A DNA stretch of 64,000 bases, from NCBI RefSeq assembly GCF_006345805.1, contig NC_043000.1:79236001-79300000 (forward strand), in the 5' to 3' direction. The notes under the pieces are model-generated. The model saw nothing but the letters and a program-made list of their open reading frames with translations. It made no database searches and was not told the DNA's origin. This document shows, piece by piece, positions 1 to 11,239 of this stretch. The first letter of the stretch is position 1; the number at the start of each line of letters is the position of its first letter. This DNA comes from Octopus sinensis (taxonomy: Eukaryota). The position numbers and the translations under genes are program-made.

Positions 1-183
1 AAACACCCACTACACTCGCGGAGTGGTTGGCGTTAGGAAGGGCATCCAGCTGTAGAAACACTGCCAGACTAGACTGGAGCCTGGGGTAGTCCCGAGCTCC
101 CCAGACCCCGGTCGAAACCGTCCAACCCGTGCTAGCACGGATAACGGACGTTAAACGATGATGATGATGATGATGATGATGAT
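1..183 (+). mobile_element. RTE-clade LINE 3' tail ending in (GAT)n
   Basis: tggttggcgttaggaagggcatccagctgtagaaa block and cgttaaac(gat)n tail, same as 196-1170, 22813-23472 and 55555-57437. Confidence 0.8.
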
Positions 184-195
184 ATAAATATATGT

Positions 196-1170
196 AACTC
201 AACAGAGTGTAAGTACATTGAGAGAGAAGTTGAACCTAAGAAGCATCAGTTGTGGCGTGCAAGAGAGACGATTGCGCCGGTATGGTCATGTAGCAAGAAT
301 GGATGAAGACAGCTGTGTGAAAAAGTGCCACAACCTAGCGGTTGAGGGAACCTGTGAAAAAGGTAGACCCAGGAAGACCTGGGACGAGGTAGTGAAGCAT
401 GATGTTCGAACATTCGGCCTCACTGAGGCAATGACTAGTGACTGAGACTTTTGGAAATATGCTGTACTTGAGAAGAATCGGCAAGACAAGTGAGACCATA
501 ACCCATGATCTTTACTAGGATGTACCCAGCCCACTTATGCATATCTTTCCTTCTTTGGACACAAAACTCTGCTTGCGAAGACCTGTTGAGGTAATCGAAA
601 TCGAAATCGAACCAAATTCGTTGACTGGCACCCATGCCAACCTCCTTTCACTGAACACTAAACTCTACTTGCGAAGACCTGTTGGGGCAAGTAAAACCAA
701 AATTGAACCAAATTCGATGACTGGCACCCATGCCAGTGGAGCACTAACAGCTCCATCCAAGCGGGATCACTGCCAGAGCAGCTGTCTGGCACGTAAAGAG
801 CATCATTTGAGTGTGATCGTTGTCAGCGTTGCCTCACTGGCACTTGTGCCAGTGGCACATGAACAAAACATTTGAGCGAGGTCATTGCCAGTGCTGCTGG
901 ACTGACTCCTGTGCAGATGGCATGTAAAAAACACCATTTTTGAGCATGGCCGTTGCCAGTACCACCAGACTGGCCCTTGTGCCGGTAGCACTTTAAAAGC
1001 ACCCACTACACTCTCGGAGTAGTTGGTGCTAGGAAGGGCATCAAGCTGTAGAAACTCTGCCAGATCAGATTGGAGCCTGGCACAGCCATCTGGTTCGCCA
1101 GTCCTCAGTCAAATCTTCCAACCCATGCTTGCGTGGAAAGCAGACGTTAAACAATGATGATGATGATGAT
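196..1170 (+). mobile_element. 5'-truncated RTE LINE (RT C-terminus, 3'UTR, (GAT)n)
   Basis: ORF 218-445 RRLRRYGHVARMDEDSCVKKC...GRPRKTWDEVVKHD is the RTE RT C-terminus. Confidence 0.9.
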
Positions 1171-1397
1171 GTAATATAATATGTGACAATTATTCAGTTG
1201 TCATAATAAAAGTCTAAGTTTCAGATGTCAGGGCAGAAATTTGCTCCGGCATCTCGTCAGTTATTAAGACAATACAAAAATGCCCATTTTTTTATTGTCT
1301 TAATAACTGACGAGATGCCGGAGCAAATTTCTGCCCTGACATCTGAAACTTAGACTTTTATTATGACAACTGAATAATTGTCACATATTATATTACA
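1170..1397. repeat. Perfect 105-bp inverted repeat (1170-1274 / 1293-1397) carrying a hammerhead-like motif in each arm
   Basis: Arms compared base by base with no mismatch seen; 18-bp spacer; motif ttgtcttaataa CTGACGA GATG..CATC T GAAAC TTAGA CTT ttattatgacaa. Confidence 0.95.
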
Positions 1398-1465
1398 CAT
1401 AAATTCCTCTATTTACAAAATATCGAGGTCTCATTCACTCTTTTGTTGTCATACCATTACTATTA

Positions 1466-1528
1466 ATATATATATGTATGTGTGTGTGTGTGTGTGTCTA
1501 TGTATATATGTATATATATATATATGTA

Positions 1529-1588
<60 letters not shown>
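1466..1588. repeat. (TA)n/(TG)n microsatellite
   Basis: Direct inspection. Confidence 0.97.
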
Positions 1589-1589
<1 letters not shown>

Positions 1590-1593
<4 letters not shown>

Positions 1594-1950
1594 TTTGTTT
1601 GTTTCAGTCATTAGACTGTGGTCATGCTCAAGCACTTCCTTGAAGAATTTTAGTCAAATGAATCAAACCCAGTACTTTTTTTTAAAGCTTGGTACTTCTT
1701 TCTGAACAGCTAAGTTGCGAGATATAAATACACCAACACCAGTTGTCAAGTGGTGGTGGGGGACAAACACAAACACAATGACACACACATAAAAAGACAA
1801 ACACACACATACAACAGGCTCCTTTCAGTTTCTGTCTATCAAATCCATTTACAAGGTTTTGATTGGCTCTAGGTTATAGTAGAAGACACTTGACTAAGAT
1901 ACTTCACATGTGGGACTGAACTTGGAACCATGTGGTTGGGAAGCAATTTC
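1590..1950 (-). mobile_element. tRNA-type SINE, family A (diverged)
   Basis: Reverse complement of the family seen at 38303-38700 (B-box gggttcagtcc, ggaaactgaaagaag block, atgactgaaacaa tail). Confidence 0.8.
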
Positions 1951-2084
1951 TAACCTAGAACCAAGGAATTTCAACATCAACAACAGGGTAATTTTGTTTG
2001 TATGTATGTATGTTGCATATGCATGTGTGTGTGTGTGTGCATGTCCCACTGTCATACTTTAAAAACTGAACAAAAATTGTCAAT

Positions 2085-3297
2085 TTATACAAAACCAGAA
2101 AGGAGAAAGCTAATTCAAAGTCTACAGATCCAATCCATCACTGGAACTGTGAAAATCTATAAAAGTGTCCAGGAGTTTATCATTTAAATATAAATGAGCA
2201 TGTCTAGATATGCAACTATATGTATGAAAATACATACATAAAACATACAAAACTGTACATATATACATACATACATACATACACACATACATAGATACAT
2301 AGATACATACATACACACATATATACACACATACATACATACATACATACATACATACATACATACATACATACATACATACATACATACATACATACAT
2401 ACATACATACAAACAAACAAAATTACCCTGTTGTTGATGTTGAAATTCCTTGGTTCTAGGTTAGAAATCGATTCTTTCTCTATTAGCAAGAAATCTAGAA
2501 ATAAACTGAATAATGACATGCATACATACCAAAGATATCACCCACATCATAAGCAGTTATCCAAAAATGTCATCATGGTATTATCTACTAATGAGACATG
2601 TTGTAGCTAGGACACTGTATAATGAGATCTGTCAATAGGATAACCCAGAGGCCAAAGACATAAGAACCTACTATACAGTAGAGGCCATAGCCACTCATAA
2701 TAAGAAGGACTACTGGTGGAATGTCCCAGTGGAAACCTGAATCAAATGTAAACATAATAGACCTGACATAGTAATTTGAGATAAAGAAGAGAAACTGTGT
2801 ACAGTTGTTGAAATCAGCTGCCCAGCGGATGTTAACATAAAGCTAAAGATCAGCGAAAATGAAAATATCTATGCTGGACTATTGAGGAATCTACAGCTAC
2901 TCTATCCAAATTACAAATTCAGGTTCATACCTGTAATTATTGGGGTACTGAGATATGTAACGCACTACCAAAATATCAATCTTAAGAAATTAGACTTTTC
3001 AAAACCAGAAAAGAGAAAGCTGATTTGAAAACTACAAAACAAAGCCATCACTGGAACAGTAAAAATCTGTAAAACTTGCCAGACATTTATCATTTAAGTA
3101 TCTATGAGCATGTCTAGATATGCAATTATATGCATGAGAATACATACATAAGACAAAACATACAAATCTGCACACATACATGTATACATACAAAATACCC
3201 TGTTGATGTTGTTGAAATTCCAGTGAAGGAGTCTTGGATCTAGGTTAGAAACTGTCTCTTTCACTATTAGCAAGAAATCTTGAAATAAAACTGAATA

Positions 3298-3300
<3 letters not shown>
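2085..3300 (+). mobile_element. Two tandem 3' fragments (about 2085-2520 and 2520-3300) of an R4/NeSL-type LINE with REL endonuclease
   Basis: Degenerate frame ...HNRPDIVI.DKEEKLCTVVEISCP...FIPVIIG... ending KICKTCQTFII; the first copy ends KIYKSVQEFII; both share the gaaataaactgaataatg 3' end. Confidence 0.8.
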
Positions 3301-3334
<34 letters not shown>

Positions 3335-3479
3335 CTAGACTAAACTAGACTAGACTAGACTATCCATGACCCATTGGGTCAACAAGAAAGTCTGAGTTTT
3401 TTTCTTTTCCCAGTTATTTTGCATGCTTTCAACGAATGTGACATCGAAATCACGCATAAACGGCTCCTTTCCCCAGAAA

Positions 3480-3627
3480 AGGAAAAATTTGGCTGCTATT
3501 TCTTGCACGCCCTGCTACCACGTAACAGGTATTTCGAGTACTTTATCACAAATATTTGTTACGTGGTAGCAGGGCGTGCTAGAAACGTACTGCATTACCT
3601 CTTAATATCCTGTTGCTTATTTTGATT
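3480..3627 (+). repeat. PLE pseudo-LTR fragment with 28-bp hairpin and hammerhead 3' half
   Basis: Arms 3500-3527 / 3557-3584 (1 mismatch) followed by GAAACGTACTGCAT; 3590-3627 matches the reverse complement of 36298-36340. Confidence 0.6.
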
Positions 3628-4289
3628 ATATATATATATATGCGTTTGTGTGTGGGGGGTGTCAGGTCACTTATGAGGCTTCCATAAGTGCTACTGGTAA
3701 CATGGAATCTAGCACAACCTGTTGCATGGTTGGGTTGTTGGCGACTAAACTGGCACCCTCACCAGGCTATCCTGGTGAGGAGGGTTGTTAGAAACCCAGC
3801 AGGATTAAAAGCAAGACCTGTTGAAAGGTCGGATGAACCTAGTACAGGCTCAACGGCTATCTAGCAATAACACGGGTACACAAAAATTCCGGGATGGTGT
3901 TCGGCGTGCTGAAAGACCGTTGAAGCCTATCTCTAGGAGAAGGTCACTCTGATATAAAACCAGATACGCAGGGAATGGCATTGGATATTTTGGGGACCTT
4001 TGGTTTGTGCTGAGATCATGGCACTCCCACATCACTGAGCCTGCGACTCATATTGGCACTAGACATTTTGCCCCGGTTTGTCTCTAGATAATGTCAATAA
4101 AGTGGAGAGGGTCAATGAGTTGTCGTGCAAGCCTTACTGGACCTAAAACTCTGCATGGGCATTGCTGACCTCTGCTTGATATGTGCTGCTGTTTTTCCTA
4201 TATATATATATATATATATATATTTTATTTTCAGTATATATGTATCTTTATTTTTAGTATATATTTATTTATTTTTAGTATATTTTAAT

Positions 4290-4985
4290 TTTACTTTTAT
4301 TCGGAAGTCCTGCGTCGATGGTGGTGAAGCAGGCAGACTTGATGGGTTGGAAGCATGTAGTCTGCGACCTGCACATAGGCGGCCCATGCTAGATATAAAG
4401 TCGTTTCCTTGTTGCCCAAGACAGCGGTAGGATTCAATTGTGTGTCTGAGCAGCTCCATTTAGGGATGACACTGCTCATCCGGAGGCCGGGGAGGTTCTA
4501 GAAAAGGTGATAAAAAAAATTGCCTGTCTTTCTATGACTAGTCACTTTAGTGTGACTGGCAGATGGTCACTCTGCGCTCAAAAAAACAAAGAGATTTTTA
4601 TTTATAAAATCTGGATAGATCTTGGAACATTTCATGTTGGAATATGTGCACTCTGTTGGATAGCAAGAGGGATTGTAGGCCTGAAAGACGCACTGCACTT
4701 GTTGCTCGCACGCTGAACTGTTATAACATTGATGTTTCAGAACTTTCAGGGACTCGTATAGAAGGTGATGGTCATCTCGAGGAAGTAGAAGGTGAATACA
4801 CCTTTTTTTGGAAGAGGAGGCAGAAGAGGGGGCGCAGAAAGGCTGGTGTTGGCTTTGAAGTTCGATCTGATATCCTTAAGAAGTTGGAGGAGCTTCCTGT
4901 TCCTATAAATGAATGTCTAATGACTCTACGAAAGGTGGGCGGTTAGCTACTCTAATAAGTGCCTATGCACCTACCCAGCTGAAAG
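4290..4985 (+). mobile_element. 5' part of an RTE (BovB-like) LINE: 5'UTR and apurinic endonuclease N-terminus
   Basis: ORF 4644-4946 LLD...RPERRTALVAR.L..YNID...LS.TR...GHLEEV...YTFFW...GVGF then SAYAPT; 3660-4190 may be further 5'UTR. Confidence 0.8.
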
Positions 4986-5099
4986 CCATACTTAGGAAAA
5001 TCCTCAATTCTGATATATAAATATATATATAAAACAAGGTTATTTTATTCCACATGGATAGAAATATAGGAAAAATAAAAGTTGAAAATAAAAGTTAAA

Positions 5100-5830
5100 A
5101 TATTTATTATTATTATTATTATATTTAAAGATTTAACCGGTTTCACAGCTTACACCGATTTTCAAAAATTTGAAATAGAAAGACGTGGCTTATGTCACAG
5201 CTGTTTTGCTTCTGACTAGTGTTTGAAACTTGCCCTATTTTTATAGGGAGTTCACAGCTCAAATTAGTATGTTTTGAATAGGGTTTGATTGGTAGACAAT
5301 AGTCACATGACTGGTCTTAGAAATTTTTGTAGGTTCTCTGCCACATCCGTGTATTAGTATCAAGTGACAATGTTTAGCGTTGTAAGTTAAGGCTAACGTG
5401 GTTGACTGAACAAGTCTGGTGGTAGTACTAAACAATCAATGCTCTGAATGTTTCCCGTCAAACGTTTGTAGAGAATAAACATGTGATTAAGTTTAGAACC
5501 TTCTGTACGTTTCCTGCTACGTCCGTGCGTTAATGTCACGTGACAGTATATTTTGCGCAAACAATTATGGTTTCTGATCACAGTGAGACTAAAACTTTAG
5601 CACCCACTGATTGACAAACCAAACTTGTAATATCTTCTCGTCAAAGACTCTATTACATAATTTGGATATATTCATGTAAACTAATTTTTATCTTCTTATT
5701 GTAAAAAATTTTATTACCTGATCGGAATGCCTTAATGTAAACTGTTTTTTGATTCATCACAGAGGATACACAAAGCCTCGTACCTTACTTTTGAAGATCT
5801 ATTTAGATAAGTGAAACCGGTTAAGTTAAT
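5100..5830. mobile_element. PLE-like remnant bounded by two oppositely oriented degenerate hammerhead motifs (about 5130-5170 minus, 5787-5826 plus)
   Basis: Both contain TTGAA(A/G)A...GTGAAACCGGTTAA with short stem I (ATTT/AAAT; ACTT/AAGT). No clear ORF. Confidence 0.5.
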
Positions 5831-6002
5831 GAATACTTTAAAAACACTCCTGCATTTTCAGATTCTTTTCCTCATATATATATATATATAAATATATATA
5901 CATATATACATATATATACACACATACATACATGCATATATATATATATACACACATACATACATGTATATATATGTATATATGTGTGTGTGTGTGTTGT
6001 GT

Positions 6003-6275
6003 GGAGGCGCAATGGCCCAGTGGTTAGGGCAGCGGACTCGCGGTCGTAGGATCGTGGTTTCGATTCCCAGACCGGGCGTTGTGAGTGTTTATTGAGTGAA
6101 AATACCTAAAAGCTCCACGAGGCTCCGGCAGGGGGTGGTCATCCCTGCTGTACTCTTTCTCCCACTCTTTCTTCTGTTGGCCTACTCGCTTAGCCAGTGG
6201 GGTGGCTAAAACAATGCGAACGCATTGTGACCAGCGATGTGTAACTACATCTGATGGACTGGTCAGTCACGTGAT
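6003..6275 (+). mobile_element. tRNA-derived SINE, family B
   Basis: A-box tggcccagtgg, B-box ggtttcgattcc, tail gcattgtgaccagcgatgtg...cacgtgat; other copies at 31950-32260 and 54940-55236. Confidence 0.9.
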
Positions 6276-6495
6276 ATATATATATATATACATACATGCA
6301 CACACACACACACGCATATATATATATACATATAGGTTAGTAGAGTTAGCGGTTGAAATAACTGTCTAAGGGGTAAGAATATCCGTTTTACTACCGGTAT
6401 AAATTATCTATGTTAACTCTGGGCATACATATGCAAGCATGTTATGCCCATAGGATACAAGAGTTTATCAGTAATCAAATTTAAATTAAGCAGAA

Positions 6496-7103
6496 AATGG
6501 AGAAATTTTGATCTACAACAATTGACTACCATCGATTATTATTTTTTAATACAAAACTTTATCCCATCTAACAGCCGTTTCTGCTTCCAATGTCCTGCAG
6601 TGTTGCCAAAGAAAATTCAGAGAATAATATTCGTCATATTTTATAATACACTGAACTGAAACATGGAGCTTCATCAGCGTGAAGAAGAATATATACAATA
6701 AAAGAAAAGAAAAAAAGAGCCTCGGGAGGAGGAATAAAGGCTTAATATATTTGAATCATACCATTTTGCAGTGTAACGCTTCAGGCCGTTAAGAAAAATC
6801 TCCACGGCCTGAAGCGTTACACTGCAAAATGGTATGATTCAAATATATTAAGCCTTCATTACTCCTCTCGAGGCTTCTCTTCTTTTCTTTTCTTTTATCT
6901 ACTTTTCTTCACTCTGATGAAGCTCCATGTTCCAGATCAGATGTGTTATAAAATATGACGAATATTATTTTCTGGATTCTTTTTTTTTTTTGTCAGCACT
7001 GCAAGACATTGGAAGCAGAAACGGCTGTTAGATGGAGTAACGTTTTCTATCAAAAAATAATAATCGATGGAAGTCAAATGTTGTTGATCAAGATTTCTCC
7101 ATT
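6496..7103. repeat. Long imperfect palindrome (about 295-bp arms, inner 53 bp perfect, 14-bp spacer)
   Basis: 6737-6789 is the exact reverse complement of 6804-6856; outer arms visibly diverged. Confidence 0.92.
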
Positions 7104-8149
7104 ATATCTCAGATCGTATGCTGAAACAAAAACAATTGCAGCGTGGAAGGTGTTTGTAAGCCATTTAAGAAACACACAAAAGCCGTTCAATTCACTTCAA
7201 AATATTTTCGTCGCTTTAAGACCGCGACGAAATATACAAATATAAGAGAGAATCCACTATGTGGACGCTCTTACGCTAAAAATAGATCCGCAATGGTCTC
7301 AACCACTAAGAATTGTTCTCAAGAAAAATTAGCACAACTATGAACGTAAGCGAGCAGGACAAATGAAAAATAACAAAAATATAGATTAACCCCAGACAAT
7401 TGTTTCACTGTTAATAAATTATGCGATTTTACGTACACAATAAATCTACAGATCATCAGTAGGATTCATCATAAATATAATTTGTCGAACTGCACGTCTG
7501 ATATTAACACTAAGTTAAAACCATGAGTAGTTCAGCCTATTATATTCGCAGTTTTGTTCAAATGCCCTCGTTCGAGCGCGCCAAAATTACCGGAAATAAA
7601 TACAGCATAAATAATTTACCGCAGTAGTTTGAGAACATATTAATTTATAATTAAAGTCAAAATAAGGGTGAAAAAATTGGATATTAATTTAATAACATCA
7701 ATTTAACACCAAGTGGTTTAGCGCATAAAAAACTGAGATTCAGTAAATATTAATACACAAATATGAGAGAGTGTACTTTGATGTGGATATATGTATGTAT
7801 GTATATTCTAGTATATAGATTTGATTAACTGTAACCTTATGTGTATGTATATTATAATGTATATACTTATATATATGTATATGTAGGTGTGTATACACTT
7901 ATATGTATATGTATGTATGTATATAAACTTATTCTTGTATATGTGTACCTTCTCTAATATTCATATTTGCACGTTATATCTTCATTTCATACCTTTATAA
8001 TTGTACTTCATTTTATACCTTTAGAATTGTACTTTATAATCGCTGATGAGGCCTTGAGATATATATATAAGTAACTCATTTATAACTGCATATTACATCA
8101 ATACATCTGACTAATATGAGCATAATGAGATACTCTATATATATATATG

Positions 8150-8444
8150 AATTAGAAAAAACACCTTTTATCAATTCAAAATGAACAATTAGATTACACC
8201 ATCTAGAAAATTACATATAATAGAAATAGTAAAATTAAAATAATAATAAAATACCGATGATTAAGTAAACTGCAAAAAAAATTATAAAAACGTATATAAT
8301 TGGTTTTTATTATGTTTTGCAATTTACTTAATCATCGGTATTTTATTGTTATTTTAATTTTAAGATTTCTATTAAATGTAATTTTCTAGATGGTGTAATT
8401 TAATTGTTCATTTTGAATTGATAAAAGGTGTTTTTTTTCTAATT
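8150..8444. repeat. Imperfect palindrome, about 140-bp arms, in TA microsatellite
   Basis: aattagaaaaaacaccttttatcaattcaaaatgaacaatt... mirrored by ...aattgttcattttgaattgataaaaggtgttttttttctaatt. Confidence 0.92.
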
Positions 8445-8500
8445 TTTATATATATATATATATATTATATTGTGTGAAATATATATATATATATATATAT

Positions 8501-8737
8501 AAACAATTGCAGTGTGGAAGGTGTTTGTAAGCCATTTAAGAAACACACAAAAGTCATTCGATTCACTTCAACATTTAAGTTTAATTTGTCAAAATATTTT
8601 CGTCGCTTTAAGAACAGGTCGCGGTCTTAAAGTGACGAAAATATTTTGACAAATTAAACTTAAATGTTGAAGTGAATCGAAAGGCTTTTGTATAATTCTT
8701 AAATGGCTTACAAACACCTTCCACACTGCAATTGTTT
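8501..8737. repeat. Imperfect palindrome, about 110-bp arms; single arm also at 7130-7225
   Basis: aaacaattgcagtgtggaaggtgtttgtaagccatttaag... mirrored by ...cttaaatggcttacaaacaccttccacactgcaattgttt. Confidence 0.92.
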
Positions 8738-9048
8738 TCGTTTCAGCACACGATCTCAGATCAAATCACTTGCTATGCAAGTACATCTCCTATATATATA
8801 TATATATACATACATACATACGCACACACACATACATATATATACTTCAGCAATGTATCTACGCACACGTGTTGTTGGCGAGTTCTTTTCCTTTTTTTTT
8901 TACTTTACTCTTTTTCACTATTTCCTTTCCAACAAAGAGCTATGCTCAAAATGTCAAACTCTTTTTTCATCAAGTAACACACTAGTACATGCCTTGTGCA
9001 CATCCTCTCGTTGTCCATTAATTTTATTTGTTATTTGAATTGTATGTT

Positions 9049-9117
<69 letters not shown>

Positions 9118-9127
9118 GTATACATGC

Positions 9128-9476
9128 GTATGTATGGCTGTGTAGTAAGAAGATTGCTTCCCAACCACATGGTCCCGGGTTCACTCCCATTGCGTGGCAC
9201 CTTGGACAAGCTTTGTGAGTGGATTTGGTTGACGGAAACTGAAAGAAGCCCGTCGTATATGTTTATGTGTATGTGTGCTTGTGTGTCTGTGTTTGTCCCC
9301 CATCATCACTTGACAACCAATGTTGGTGTGTTTACATCCCCATAACTTAGCGGCTCGGCAAAAGAAACCGATAGAATAAGTACTAGGCTTACAAAGAATA
9401 AGTCTTGGGTTTGATTTCTTCGACTAAAGTAAGTGCTCCAGCATTGCTGCAATCATATAGCTGAAACAAATAAAAC
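9128..9476 (+). mobile_element. tRNA-type SINE, family A
   Basis: tggctgtgtag..ccaaccacatggtcccgggttcactccc head, central microsatellite, ctgaaacaaataaa tail. Confidence 0.85.
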
Positions 9477-9491
9477 CATATAATATATATA

Positions 9492-10270
9492 CAGGGTATG
9501 ATGGGTAAATTGTCGCCATTTTATTTTCATGCGCATTATTTGTCTTTGATTTTGTCGACTACACAGTATAGTAGGGTCAGTTGGGCACCGTCTGTGAGAA
9601 AAACAGCACCATGATGCAACTGACTCAACCAGAAATTCCAATACGACCATTTCATAGTGTTTGAGTGTCAATCTGAGGACATTACTAAGAGTGATAAAAG
9701 TCAAACATTCAGTCAACCTCATGGTGTTTGGATCTCTAGTGATGGTGACGTTATCCTTCCATTCCTCTTCCCACACGACCTCAGACTCAACATGGAGGCC
9801 TACATCAAGTTTCTGGGGGAGGCAGTGCTGCCCTGGGTCAAGAGGGTGGCTGCTGAAAGACCCTATGTCTGGCAACAGGGTTCTGCACAATGCCACACAA
9901 GCAGGAGAAACCAGTCATGGCTGTCAGTCAATTTCAGCGACCACATTGCCCCTAACATCTAGCCTCCTAACTCCTCACACTGCAATCCCTTGATTATTAT
10001 TTGTGGGGTGCAGTTGAGCAAGAGACCAACAAAACTCCTTGTAACACCAAAAATGAACTGAAGGCAAGGATTATGGCAGCACTCACTAACTTAAACAAGG
10101 AGATTGTCCGGAAGAGTTGCAGACGGTTCTGAAGTCATCTAGAGGCCGTGGTCAAAGCCAATGGCGATTTTATTTTTATGTAATTTTGGTAAATATATCT
10201 TTTAAAATAAAATGTCAGTTTTATTTTCAATTTTGCGTAATTTAGACAATAGTTTATTCACTGCACCCTG
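9492..10270 (+). mobile_element. Internally deleted Tc1/mariner DD37D (maT-type) transposon
   Basis: TA|CAGGGT...ACCCTG|TA termini; frame VLPWVKRVAAERPYVWQQ(G)SAQCH...PPNSSHCNPLDYYLWG with 37 residues between the second and third catalytic positions. Confidence 0.9.
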
Positions 10271-10559
10271 TATATATGTGTGTGTGTGTGTATATGTATG
10301 TTTATGTATGTATGTGTGTATGTATGTATGTATGCATATGTGTGTGTGCGTATGTGCGTATGCTTATATATATATGTGTGTGTGTATGTGTCTGTGTATA
10401 TATGTATGTATATACAATTTATCTAGGTGTAAAATACACCTAAGGGATATTAAATATCCGAAGAATTTACTGGTTTATATTATCTATATCAATGACAATG
10501 TTATTCCAATATGTAAATAAAAATAAACAGAATATACAGTTTATTAATATATAAATATA

Positions 10560-10830
<271 letters not shown>

Positions 10831-10877
10831 ATAGCAGACATATAATTGAGCCATGGATATAAGTTGTCAGAACTTAC

Positions 10878-11006
10878 TTATGACCTAACTCATGTGCTTC
10901 CAAATACCAAAGTCCCCATGTTACCTCATTATTGACAGCACAGTGTAATGATGCACGGCAAACTCCAGGCTGGTATGCTCGTCCTCCAGATTCGTTTGAT
11001 TCTTTT
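10878..11006 (-). CDS. Host metalloprotease exon E9 (129 bp, phase 2-2): KESNESGGRAYQPGVCRASLHCAVNNEVTWGLWYLEAHELGH(N/K), zinc-binding motif
   Basis: atgatacag acceptor, CATAA|gtaagt donor; G.AY..G.C.....C.V....GL....AHELGH metzincin motif. No next exon (LG..HD) found in 1-10877. Confidence 0.95.
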
Positions 11007-11239
11007 CTGTATCATATTGAAATGAATGAATTTAATATAGGATGTAGATAAAGCAGTAAATGATTGATAAATCATCATACGTGTGTGCGTGTGTACATGC
11101 ATGTGTGCATGTGTGAGCGCGCGTGTACATGTAACTATATATATTCACTTGTCTTCTGTAAATAAACGCTTCATGTTAGGGTCCTGTTCATGCTACATGT
11201 GTGTGTGCGTGCGTGTGTGTGTGTGTGCGTATTAGAAAT

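Noticed and set aside
3335-3380. Helitron 3' end (tgacccattgggtca hairpin plus CTAG repeats)
   Set aside because: No matching 5' end or internal Helitron sequence; the (CTAGA)n run could be a simple repeat.
3850-4035. ORF MMWECHD as the exon following AHELGH
   Set aside because: Lacks the LG before HD, has no in-phase acceptor, and lies next to RTE 5' sequence.
3660-4500. Twister or HDV-like ribozyme in RTE 5' sequence
   Set aside because: Hairpins exist (ctcaccagg ctat cctggtgag) but I could not assign the required pseudoknots by eye; needs a covariance-model search.
6003-6080. tRNA genes at SINE heads (also 38303, 45830-45905)
   Set aside because: A/B boxes are present but continue into multi-copy SINE bodies; no complete cloverleaf with acceptor stem was evident.
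6915-8060. CTGATGA motifs at about 6915 and 8043
   Set aside because: No matching stem II closure with GAAA and NUH downstream.
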